Shown here: positions 26,902 through 40,166 of the stretch, piece after piece | Layout of the letters: every line of letters starts with the position of its first letter | How positions within the stretch are numbered: the stretch's first letter is position 1 | Assembly (NCBI GenBank): GCA_043228905.1 | Contig: JBHGNT010000013.1 | Location: forward strand, 12,586,001-12,650,000 | Direction: 5' to 3' | DNA length: 64,000 nt | Source: Azolla caroliniana | Taxonomy: Eukaryota; Plantae; Polypodiophyta | The notes under the pieces: model-generated | The model's input: the letters and a program-made list of their open reading frames with translations, nothing else | Told to the model about the DNA's origin: nothing | Database searches by the model: none | Translations under genes and position numbers: made by a program

Positions 26902-28455
26902 TCACTACAACTAACAAGAGCCACTTATGAACTCACATCCAAAATTCAAATTTAAATAGAAATGGTTTATTAGTAGGTTTAGGATTGATAGCTTCTTATG
27001 AGAATGATATGAATACTAAGAGGGAACATAGAGAGCTCATAAGAATTTACAATATAGCTTTGCTAGTTTCATGCATTAGGGCATCACTCCTTGTGAAGGC
27101 ACTAACAACATCAATGTTAATGGATGATTCCGCAAATTTACTATGGGAACATGTTTATGTTGTCTTAACCAAGGATTTCAAGCTAGAATTTTATGGGCAA
27201 CACCCTTTGTTAAACAATCAACCAATGTAGCTTAAGATATAAATGAACTAGATAGGCATAGAGCTAGAAGAGAAGGATGGGTGTGTAAGAGTTACAAAAA
27301 TTTGGAAGGATGGAGCTATAGGGAGAACATGAAAGGTGATAAATGAATAATGGATAGAGTGTGTGAGAGTCCCTCACTAGAAGTCAGTGATAAATAAATA
27401 ATGGGTCACCTTGTGATAGCCTTGAGCATCAGCTTGGATTTACATGAAACAGTACCCATTGGGTTGTACTAGATGCGTTTAATATAGGGTAAGTTAGTGG
27501 TGATAACTTCCAAATATTTTACTCTATATAACATCAGAATTTATGGCCATGAATCGAAGCTAAAATTTGGAAACCCATTTTAAAGTGGAACTAGGTGGAG
27601 GACTTGGTTGAGTGATACCAAAAAAGTGCCTTGGACAATGGTATTGGAGTGGTGAAATAGTTTTTGGAAGGTGTTGAAAAGATGTTATTCTAAGAGATAA
27701 AAAGTGAATAAATGTTTGAAGTTTCCTTCGAGGCTGGTGTTAGCTCCCCCCGTATTTTAATTTAGTTTTAAAAGGCTTTCAAATGGTAACATGTTGAACA
27801 CTAAATGACTTGTTTGGACAACTACTAAATGGCGAGTTCATATAGAAAATCGTGCACTATCTCTCATCCATGCTTCATGTGATGTGTGACGTAAATATGG
27901 CTTGTGCACTTTGTAAACATTTTGCCATGAAAACTTCCCATAACTTATTGCTTTCTTGCTAGAGCTCTAGCCTTCATTAATAAATATCAAGGTGGACAAC
28001 TCCATTTAAAAAGCATTCACGCTATAATTTCTTTACATGCTCAAGTGGAAAGATGACAAAGTTTATGTAACCAATGGATATTGAGCTATATTTGGAAGAA
28101 AAAGGTTTGGGTTGCATTTGCAAATAAGATTTCTTCGGGACTATTCTCATGCTTGATAATTATATGTTGCATTTTTGTGAAAATAGATATGCACATGTAG
28201 TAAGGAAAAACAATGGATACTAGTACAGAAAAAGATAAATTTTAATATGGTCTAGAGTGGTTAGTAGTAGTTAGTAAGATCCAAACAAATGTGACACTAT
28301 TAATTAACTTCTCCAAGTCATAATTTTCACTAGTGCAAGCCTTTTATGTCATGAAGTTTTGTTTGTCGAGCATACGCAGGTATCATGCCACAACATTATT
28401 AACATCTAAGTAAGGCCAAGAATGGTAACCCTAGGGTTGTGGAAATTATGTAAAG

Positions 28456-29520
28456 CTATAATTTTAGGAATTCTTGGGTTGTGACAGAATTCTAGAACAA
28501 ATAGGATAAGTTTGTCCTCCACATGATGTTAGGATAAGTTTGTCCTCCACATGATGTAAAAATAGCAAATTATTGTGGTTCATAACTTTCAAGTTGTGGG
28601 TTCAATCTCCAAGGGAAGGATATGAGGACAATTGTGCTCAAATGCAATGGGTTGTTCAAGTATCAAAGGAAAAATTTCTTGATAGAAAAAAACTTTTGTT
28701 CAAGCTTCAATGGCTACATCATATGGATGAGCAACAAGGTTCATACCCATGATGGATTGTTCTAATGTTGAAGGGAAATTTTGTTGTGGGTTTTTCGTGT
28801 GGTGACTTGGGTGAATATCTTAGCCTTTGTTAATCAAACCATGAGTATGCTATGGTCAGGTCAACCATATTAGTCAAACCATCCAAAAATTTGATATGAA
28901 ACAAGACATTACATGCTGAAGCATAATGAGAAACCATTGCCTTTATGCATCACATAAGAAACTTTACATATGTCCATATTCTTTAGAGATTCAAAGTATT
29001 ACATATTGTTAAATTTCATAAACATTTATTTTCCAAGAAATTCACACTTGAATGCTCACATGATACACCCGCAATCCAAAATTTATCCCAAAAACCAGCC
29101 ACATATCAATCTATCCAGATTCCAATAAACAAGGATAATTTACCAGATGTGACAATTAGGATCCTCCAAAATTGACTCACAATAAAGCTAAGGATATTCA
29201 CCCAAGTCACCACATGAAAAACCCATAACAAAATTTCTCTTCAACACTTGAACAATCCATCATGGGTATGGACCTTGTTGCTCATCCACACAATGCACCC
29301 AAGTTTTTTTCTATTTGGAAGTTTTTCCTTTGATACTTGAACAACCCATTGGGTTTGAGCACAATTGTCCTCACATCTATCCCTTGGAGTTTGAACCCAC
29401 AACTTGAAAGTTATAAACCACAATGCTTTGCTATTTTTACATCATGTGAGAACAAACTTATCCTATTTGTTCTAAAAATCCTTCAAAAGTTTCACAACCC
29501 AAAAGTTCTTAAAACTATAG
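28456..29520. repeat. Long inverted repeat (arms ~28456-28828 and ~29184-29520, ~355-bp spacer)
   Basis: Arms are reverse complements, e.g. gtggtgacttgggtgaatatc vs gatattcacccaagtcaccac; the left arm has an extra 27-bp tandem duplication. Confidence 0.9.
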
Positions 29521-29525
29521 GGTTT

Positions 29526-30330
29526 CGCGAGGCAGCGATTGCATGGGGAAGTGCATTACGATTGCTATGCCATGCCTCTAGCTCATTTACCTTCAAATGG
29601 GGATATGTTTGTTGGAACTATCTTGGTGATGATGTGGAGAAATATGATAGCACATGCAAACTAACGTACAAAGGGGAGAATGGAACTATTTTGCTGATAA
29701 TTGATAACAAGGTACTTATAGTTATTGCACAAAAGCAGAATTTTGGAGATCTATGGATGTTGCTTACACCCATTTGTCGTAGGGTGCATATGGAGGACAA
29801 GATATACCAAGGTATTTTCAGCAAACAAACGGCCTCTAGTTGAATCCATTAAGCTAATATGGCACACACCAATAACTACATTGAGGTTGAATTTCAGAAA
29901 ACGTTGGTGTACTACACCGATGGCTGCAAAAAATGGAATGGATATACAATGGCAGTATGTAGTACACAGATGGTTGTTCCCCCCTCCCGTTAGTTGAAAG
30001 AGGGGCGTGAATGAGATGAGATACATAGAGAACAGACATGTGGGCTATTGAATGCAGATGATGTGTATGGAAAATGGGTGGATAACAAGTAAATAGATAT
30101 AGCAAGGTATACAATGGCCAGAGACATATGCGAAAGTGTAAGATAAATATGTGATGTTGCCTAGATGTAAGTAGACATATGGTGGCAAGCTTTTGTACAA
30201 CCAACACAGGGTATATAGTAGTTGAGAATGATAGGATAATTTAGGCAAGGACAACCCGAGAAGGGGACTAAAGTTATGTATAGAAGGACATTTTAACCAA
30301 TGGAGTATATTATTTTTTGGAAAAAAAAGA
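29526..30330 (+). mobile_element. 5'-truncated L1-like LINE with A-tail and ~20-bp TSD
   Basis: Homologous to ~33880-34610 (RLNFRKRWCTTPMA); A-tail at 30321; TSD gttcttaaaactatagggttt / gttcctaaaattataggttt. Confidence 0.85.
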
Positions 30331-32799
30331 GTTCCTAAAATTATAGGTTTTGAATATGCTTAGGTTTGACTAATATGCTTCACCTAGAGTGGACATTGTA
30401 TTCAGGCACATTTGAATTTAACATTGGGTTTTAAACTTACAATTATGGCACAAAAAATTTCATAAAACACTCATATCTTTTCTGAAGCGAAAAAAAGGTG
30501 CTCTTCATGTCTACACAATGGTCTTAGACTCTTGATGTGCAAGTATTGGTCCTCGAAAATGCCCAGCAGTGGTTTCTAACACAACTATAGCTTCGGTCTT
30601 AGACATGTATCTTGAAAGGGGTCATTGTGTAGCTTTATGTTAGGGTCAGAGAACACCAACAAAGTTGTGAATGTGTGATATATTTTAGGTTGAGCTAAAC
30701 AAGGATAATGAGGAGTAATTAACTCATTTAATTGAGGGCTCCTTGGAGTTTGTTTGCCCTCATATCGACCTTCCTTGCAACTAGGAACCCAAGGTCGTAC
30801 ATTTTCATTGCAACCACAAACACTTGCACCAAGATCAATAAGCATTACTAATCTGGCACAAACCATTGTACAATACCACAAATGTACTCATCATCAACAC
30901 ATTGAACACCCAAGAACTACTCAATTGACATTTTCCAAACATATATTAAGGTTAAATGGTAAATTATAGAAAACATTCATGGCCCTCAAAGATAAAATAG
31001 CTCTTGAAAAAGTTGCAATTATCTTCCTCATGAAAATTGAGCAATGTTAGCAAACCTACATGCAACAAAATTTTCTTTATGGGATGAAATCCAAGATTAG
31101 TTGGTCACACTTGTTTTAACAAAGAGACAAGCCTATAGGCCCAGATTCCCTACAAAGTATACATACTATCCAACTTACAAGCTAATGTTGCCGCTTGTGT
31201 CCATTTGAGACCCTTATTGCAAGAGAAAATGCACATATGATGGGTTTCTCTAAATATGAAAATGTTGACATCATCCCATTTAAGGTAGTGACAAAATGAC
31301 TCACAAAGAGGGTGAGTGAAGGAATCAATAATATGGTATGTGATGAGGATAGTATTTAGGAGTTTAAATAGGAACATAGCCGAATAGCAAGGCCGATGAA
31401 GAATGGGTGACATTAAAAGGATGTCAGCTCAAATAACCATGTTATAGTTATCATGAAAATGGGGCATATTGCCTCATTCTTTGCCAATAATCAACTTTCC
31501 ATTGTTCTAAGGTCCAAATGGGATTTTGCACCTCACTTCTTCTTTTTTTCCAAAACAAAAGATCCGTCCATTAGTTTTAAAAAAGCATATTAGCTACAAA
31601 CTACAAAATAGATGGAAAAGAAACGACTATCCTTCCCAAGCCCGTCTTGTGTAAGACAATGGCTAGTCATGGATCCTTCATTTAATTGAGATCCATGGAT
31701 TTTGCACCTCACTTGAGGCCGTCCACAAGTAATTCTTATTGTACTTGATGACCTTAAATGGCCAACAACATACAAAGAAATAGGAGGCAAAGGGAACTTA
31801 TGAGAGTAGTGAAGTGGTGCCTAATTAACAAAGAAGGGAAATTTGTAGACAATGAAACCCCATAAAACATGGATTTGTAGAAACAAGGTATTGCATAGAA
31901 TCACTCTCATAATGTAAGACATGAAGATGATCAGGAAGAAAGATTGAATTTGGAGACCGAGTGAAGTGGGCAACAATAATAAGTTATTGAGGCTTGTCAA
32001 TGCCAATCAACTTATTAGACAACAAAAGTTGACACATTAGGGTATTCTCTAATTCTAACATGTTAAAATTTGCAAGTCCATTTTCATATAATTCTTGTAT
32101 GGGTGGTGACATACCTCATCATGATTGGGCAACCATGGATATTTGAAGTCAAAGTCATCTAGAATTTAAAACACTAACAAGTTATGTTACAACCCAAAGG
32201 GATCAAAGCATAATAGTCAACATGGGCAATCAAGGTTCTCAAATGATCAACGAGAGTATGGTCAAGACGGCCAAACAAGAGAGTTTTGGTTAGGAGTCTA
32301 AAAATGAGAACATCGTTGATGTAAAATGAAAATTCTAGAGATTTGGGGGATCATAGAAAGTATTGTAGTTCATACTCAATAGGAGTGGAGGAACTAGATG
32401 ATGAACAAAGAGTGAAGTTATAAAAGTAATGGACTACAATATTGCTTGAAGAGGTGGAAATAAGGTAAACAAGCAAACAATTTCCATATATAAGCCAAAG
32501 ATTTAATTTTCTAATAAGATTCAAGGTACAATTTCAGCCAACACCATTCTCTGACAATTTTGAACAACTCTCCTCAGTGGTAAAACATGCACATAAATGG
32601 CTATATGACACAATACCAGAACATGCGAAGGGGGTTCCAAAATACATGAAGTGCAAGAGATTTGAGGAGCTCTAACTTCCATCATTGAACATGAGAAGGT
32701 TGATCTCAATGGTACCACAGCCTTATAAGGAGGATCTATGGTAATCCAACGAGAGGTTCCATTTAATGGGTTAAGTGATTACTTTAGGTTGCCGTTATA

Positions 32800-34612
32800 T
32801 ATAGTTAGTCATACATGTTTATATATATATGGTTGTTGCCGAGACAAGGTGGACGTTGGCCAAGCAACCCATTTTGGGGCTTTGTGCCAGAAATGAGACC
32901 CAAATATTGGGGAAGTATGCAGAGTCGTTGTGCTATTGGAATTATGAAAGCATGACAAGAAATCAGAAAGGGGATCACATGTAGGTGGAGAAATGATGCA
33001 TATGTGCGGATGTACATGCCAATTGTATGGAACCCATTGATTAGAGATATGGATGGGCTGATGATAGGCCAAAAAGCAGGTTTCAAATGGGTTGAGTTAT
33101 TTAATGCCCAAGGGAATGCATTAGTGGAGTGGGAGAGGTTTTTGTCCAATGAGGTGGGCACTCAAAAGGCTAGAATATGGAGAATAAGCAGGGGTAAAGG
33201 CATGCTCAAGAGAATTACAGATGCCATTGCATGCTACAGGAATACCGTGGAAGAGGAAGAAGTAAAAACCTCTGAAAATGCGTGGACAGAACTTATAGAT
33301 GCTGAGAACTGCTTAATTGACATTAAGGGAATGAAAATAGAATCAAATGAGGTATTCTACTACAAACTAGAGCACGAAATGGTAAGAGTTGAGCAACCAG
33401 CCTTTCAAATAGAAAGGCCGATTAGGCTAATCGCAAAAAATGGCAAGAATATGATTATTGACCCTAAACCAATGGAGATCACACTGGCGAAAATGTGTTG
33501 GCCTATGCAAGGGCATTTGGATTAGTTATCATGGGACCCAACGATGTATTGTTGGAGAACTCAAGAACGAACTGATGGGGAAAAATTGGTTCAATTTTTC
33601 AGGTATAACACGAAGATTGGGAGGCAAATTATTCTAAAACAAGAACACAACAAGATTGCAGCAAGGAAATTTCAGATATAGGAGGGCATTAGTGAAATGA
33701 GACTAGATAAATTCTGGAAAATGATATGGCATGACAGATATGACCGCAAGATAATGATGTGTTTATGGCTTATTGCACATAGAGTCTTGCCGGTAGGAAC
33801 GTGGGGTAAAGGCCCCAATGTAGACCCTAGATGCATTGCATGTGGACAGATAGAAAGCATTTCCCATTGTCTATGGGAATGTCACGAGGTAGTGGCTATA
33901 TGGGGAAGGACACTATGTTTGCTTTGCCATGCCTCTAGTTTTTCACCCTCAACTGGGGACATGCTTGCTGAATTTGTCTTGAGGATGATGTGGCGAAATA
34001 TGATGGCACATGCGATGCTAAGTACAGAGGGGAGAATGACATTGTGCGGCTGATCACTGACAACAGGGTACCTACAACTTGTGCACAAAATCAAAAACTT
34101 GGAGATTTTTGGATGCTGCTTACCCCCATTACTATATGGTATATATGGACAACAAGGTGTACCAGGGTATTTTCAGTATACAAACGCCCCCCTGTTGAAT
34201 CGATTAAACTAATCTGGCACACATTAATAGCTACACTAAGAGCTCAATATGAGCGAATTGATGGTACTAATGATGTTGCAGAACTAATGAGGCTGAATTT
34301 TCGAAAGCGATGGTGTACTACACCGATGGCCTCAACAAATGGAATGGATATACTATGGAAGTATGAAGTACCCAAATGGTTGTTCACCCCCTCCCATTAG
34401 ATGAACGAGGGGAGTGAAAGACATGGCATGTGGGATAGTGAATGTAGGTGATGTGCATGAAAGGATGGCTAGAGCCATATATGAAAGTGTAAGATAAATA
34501 AGCAAGATCTCTTGTGTAGGATAGGATAGTCTTGGCTCGGCCTTCCCGAGAAAGGGATTGAGTTTTATGTATATTTTAACTAAAGGAGTATATTCTTTTT
34601 TGGAAAAAAAAA
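32800..34612 (+). mobile_element. L1-like LINE 3' half (zf-RVT region) with A-tail
   Basis: FWKMIW...LWLIAHRVLP...CIACGQIESISHCLWEC; TIWYIWTTRC; tail ggaaaaaaaaag at about 34602. Confidence 0.85.
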
Positions 34613-37600
34613 GAAAAGAAAAAGAAAGAAACCCTAAGAACCTAACTAGGAATCATACTCTATTTTTCTTGACTCAAACGTTCTCCATAGTGTTCATGAA
34701 TACAAATTATGTTTTTCAAATGTTAAACATCTATTTTGCCCGTGTTTGCATGGGTGTTGTATATATCTCATTAGATAAAATATTATTGCAAGTGATCAAT
34801 TAATGTGTAACAAATCATTACTTTAAGTGGCAAAAGGCAAAGACATTGTTGTATGGATATAAATTAGTACATGACAAGAAACAAGTGCACAATTTTGTAT
34901 TGAAGTTTTTACTACTTTTAGTTATAAGAATTTTGTTGGGTTCTTAAAAAAAGTTCCAGGTGCCCTCTATTATCTTGTTTTCCTACAATTTCCTTATCAA
35001 CAACATAAGGCTTCTCCTTTTCCACACAAAAAACATCATTTTAAACCATCTCCATAGTTGGGACTCAAAGGCATCCTTGGCTTCTTTTGGCATGTTTTGA
35101 TGTATCTTCTTTCTTTTCGCAGGCATTTGTTTGATAGTAATAACTCATTAATTCATTGCCTTACTACGATGGAAATGTAAGGAGCTTCCAATGTTGCATA
35201 TATTCTAATGTATAGTAAAATCACAAAAGCTTGATATGTGGATAGTTTATGTGCATACAAAGAAGGTAGATTTACTTGGCGCAAATAAAGGATGATATTC
35301 TACATATCCCTCTAGAATTTATGGCTCTCAATGCAAAAAATATTGGTAGCTATGCTTTTCGTTAGATGCTATCTTTGATGGCAATTTGATTCCTTTTGTT
35401 TATTCATGCACAACCTCCAATGAATTCGTCATTACTAATATTTGGAGTGGATCCTAAATGTCCCATTAAATAAATCTAGTCACATTATAACAAGATTACG
35501 TCAATCATAATGTTGGCAATAGTCAGGGCATATGTTACAACCAATTCACGATTGTGAGATTATGAAGTGTCATTGTCAACCCTTGATTGGTACAATAAGA
35601 GATGTAATATGTGGTATCATCGACATATCACTAATCTAGCTCCTAAGAGACTATAAAATAGACACATCAAGTTTCCTTCCTGAAGGTAATATTGTTGGAT
35701 GCAACTATCTTTATTGTGAGTTTTCTCTTAGAAGCTAGTGCGACTTGGTATCACGTTTCTCCCTAAGTTTGAATAGATTTCAAAGCTTTTTGATGCAAGG
35801 GGTATCCATTTTCATCAAAACATCTTAAGTAACGAGATACTATAGCATCAATATGTAATGAAAGTTGTTGATCCATGTTCAAACCTAAAATTACCACACA
35901 AAACAATGAGACTGCTTTTCAAAATTCTATCACCTGGTTGATAATTGTTAAAGAATGTCATGCAACATTAATGCAATTATATGTATTGTGATACATTGAA
36001 GAAGTTCATAGTACATACATTCTAAACGACGACAATTACCTAAGGTGCGCCTACATAATCTTGTACATCCTAAAAACCTAGTTCTTACCACTAAGTGAAA
36101 TATATTACCTATAATCACATCATTTCACATGTATATTTGATTGAAAACTCTCTCTCTCTCTCTCTCTAATGGTTTGATTTAAAGAAACCTTTATTGAATA
36201 GACATGCCATATGTTATTATGACTTTGATAAAATATGTAGGGAAAAATACAAAAACACTCCACTAACTTTCGAAAAACTCCCCAAATTCTCCCAACTTTT
36301 CCAAATCAAGTACCATAACACCTCTTTGTAGTAGATTTTGTCGTTTAGGTAAGAGAATTTTGGTCCATTGACAAGACAAAAAGACCCAAGGTTATTGTGG
36401 TAATTGCCGAACAAGTTAGCAGTAGTTCCGTGTTTTTCCTTGAAATGGATGAATCATGTGTGCGAATACGATGTAACATTTTGTTCTCAAAGTTAGTTAG
36501 TTTGTTCACCATGTAACCTACGATTTATTTTCATGATATATTGTTATGTACGTCAACCTTTATTAATATGAACTTCACAAATATACTCTCTCTCTCTCTC
36601 TCTCTATGAACTCTCAAATTCATCATGTGAATATGTCTCCCTTCACGGGATAAACCTTTCTCTCTCTCATTCTCTCTCTCCTCCCCCCTTGTTGACACAC
36701 CTTCTATACTCAAGATTCTCTATGGCACTCCCACATTGTGTAAACACGTAGCCAACTCTTTACTCTTTAAGGGTTCACGTGCATCCATCACCTTTAATAA
36801 TATAGTTTTATGAATACTTGAGTGTGTAAACGTGCATGCATTATATATGTCACGCATATTTATGTGTATGAATAATTATCATCAAATCCCTAGTATAAAT
36901 GTTGGCTTACGAATCAACACGTCTCAAATCCACTCTTGATTTATGGACACATTATATCATCTAAACAATCCATTTTGTTAACACTATGTCTATGTTCATA
37001 TGTACTTGTATTCATGTGCGAGCATGTATGTCCATGCATGTGTTTGTGTTCAAACACACAATCATGTCCATGTCCGCATTCTCACGCACAATCACACATG
37101 TGCATACATGCATGTAACTCTCTCATACCACTTGCCACATTTTCCTCTTCCTTTTGACTTTTGATTTTGCAATTTTCTCTTGGAAGGATAGAACTTATGC
37201 TCTAGTGTGTACATATACACGTGGATATTGCTCGACATAATTTAGTAAAAGCTTGAAGTTTCCCTCCTCTTACTACAACTCAAACCAACTAGTTTCTCCA
37301 TTTTTATAACAATTACAAAGATCACATGACATACATGACATTCCACTGCCTTTTGCCAAAATACTATTGATCATGTCCCTTCGTGTCATTCTTCTAAACG
37401 CCTTTTGTCATAGCCCATAACTTCTCTCTTTTGGGTGACCTATATAGTATATACAAGGAGAACACATGACAAGCACTTATTCGAAGCTGGCAAATGTGGA
37501 AAATAGTTTAATTTTCGCGTCCAAATATTTATCCAAAGGCACCTTTTTATTTATGCACTCAATTTATTATTCTCAATTTGTTTTTATATGTCCTCATTTT

Positions 37601-40166
37601 ATGAACTTTTGCATACTTGAAAAGATTTGGTCACAATTGTCAAGAAGAGATCTTCACCAATGACTGCATATCACCTTTATTAAGCTCGTGGACATATTGA
37701 TGCTAGAACAAGCTCTGGCATGCGACTCAAGACCACACGAATTAATGTTATCCCGAAGGATTCCTTACAATTGTCCTACAACATGTCTATTTTTACGTAC
37801 ATATTAAATATGGTAACTTGCCTTACATGTATTATGTATAAAACCCTACCTACTTTATAAATGCTAAAGAAATCTAGCTTCAAAATTATAACAAGAACAC
37901 ATCAAATTCTAGCTTTTGTTAGAAATGATACAATATATAATCAAAACACTAGATGTTCATTAAGGGCGATAAATAGGTGATATAATGTGAATGCAAGGTT
38001 TGTTTTTGAATCGTTACCTTAATATAAAATGTTTTGAATGTGTTAATTTAAAAAATGTAATTTGATCTTTAAATACAAATTAATGCTTATCTGTAGGCAA
38101 TCTTCAACGGTTTGGTTTAGGTGTGCCAATATAACCATTATATAACTGTTGAAACCTAAACCTCAACATTATGACATCCTCAAACTTAAATCAAATTGGA
38201 CAAAATTGTTTGGCCATTAAGTCATGGTTTCATGGTTTGATTTGGCCCAAACCAAGTCGTTAACTATTGTGGTTTATCTCTGTGTACATTATTATTATTG
38301 GGCTCCTCTATAGTGGTAAAAAAAGTTAATCAATAACTCAAAATGGAACCATGAATCATGATTGCTCTAAATACTTGTAAGGGGTTCGCTAATAAAAACA
38401 TAACATTGTGTATGTTTAATCGGGGATACAAAAACTCATCTTCACTTTCCAATGCATAAAAATAGGATGAAGTGACTTTCTAGATAAACATACAATTTGT
38501 TGATTTGCACATTTATTTGATGAAAACCCCTCTCGTGCAAAAATGTATAGTTGTAACATTTTCGATCAAGCACGGGTTCCTTGTTTTCTATTGATTTAAA
38601 CTTTCAGAGCACAAATTATGTTAATATTATTTTAATAGTTGAATGCCACACGACGCACACTATATAAAGAGTATTGATACTAATGATCAAGTGTTCGATA
38701 GTCTGGTGATTGGCAAATTTTGTTTTAGTGAACGAGTGTTGCTTTTCAACCATGTACTTGAATTACATATTATTATAAATTTATACTATTTAATGTGTCA
38801 TGTAGAAGTGACTAGTTGTTGGGCATGAACACACAACTTTGGTTGCTTGCATGCACTTAGCTACATAATTATAGGTTGCTCACAAAGGTGGTGTATGAAG
38901 GCATGGGACCACTAATCCATAGTGAAAACTTCATAAAGTTTTTTGTAGCATATGGGATCATGCACATCCACATAGGAATGCATGTGTTTGGATATGGGAA
39001 GAGATTGGCATGTATTGCCTATTTTTGCCTCTTGGTGCTATTTTTTATCAATAATTTAATAAGTGACTTAAAACATCACATATGTTGCAGGATAAAAAAT
39101 ATCCATTTTTACACACTCTTTCTAGTTATTAAGTTAGTGGGTTACATTGTAGCATCAAAGTCATATGCTTGAGAGAACCCAAGTTTGATCCTCACCTATG
39201 CCAGGGCTCGTCCCATTGATTGCAACTATTCTCTTGTAGAGCCCATTGATTGCAATTGTTCTCTTGTGGATGTTAAAAATCGTTGTCTCTCTTCAAATCT
39301 TTCTACCAACTAGTCTTGATTGATGCTTAAGTTCAACTAAGTGTATTAGGTGGAGATGAGTTATGTTAGCAAAAAATAGCCAGACTTTGAAAACCATATT
39401 TAATTCATTTGAGCCAAGCTACATGCGCACATAGAAATCAAGCTACAGATTATAATACATTTTGCATTGGGTATATATTGAAATAATTTAAAACCATGTA
39501 TTATCCGGATGACCAAGGTTTTCTCAATGTGCATGCAATGATACACTTGAAACCTAACTTATTCGAGATGTTATGAAGTCATTACGTAAAATGAATTGAA
39601 GAACTTAACATTTTGTGAATGTCACCATCGATTTGAATGGGTTTTAAAAACAAAGAAAGTACATGTTTTATCCTCTTTAGGCCAAAAACATATGATATAC
39701 TTAGTTTATGAGCATTTCACTCACATTGGATCTGTCTTTTAAAGTTTAGAAGAGAGTTCTGATTTCGCTTGATCCTCATGCCCAATATGTGTCGGGCTTG
39801 TCTGAGTTCCTTCATTGCGAACTTGTTGTGAAGGCTCTGCTTTAGCTTTCCGGTTTCGGCTTGATTGCTTCCTACGATCAACATGTCGTCGAGATATAGG
39901 ATCAGATAGATTCGGGACTCGTCTGACAGTTGCCGAGCATATAGACATGGGTTGGAGTCGGACTGGCTGTAGCTTAGTTGTCGGATGTAGGAGTCGAACT
40001 TCTGGTACCACATCCTTGACGCTTGTTTTAAGCCATAAAGGCTTTTCTTTAATCGATATACGAGGTGACCTTCCTCCCCCGTCACTGTGAAGCCTGCCGG
40101 TTGAGACATATAGATGCCTTATTCTAAAAGTCTCTGTATAAGAAAGTTGTCTTGACGTCTAGCTGC

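Noticed and set aside
39125-39275. Possible tRNA-derived SINE with a ~30-bp tandem duplication
   Set aside because: A and B boxes too degenerate and no TSD.
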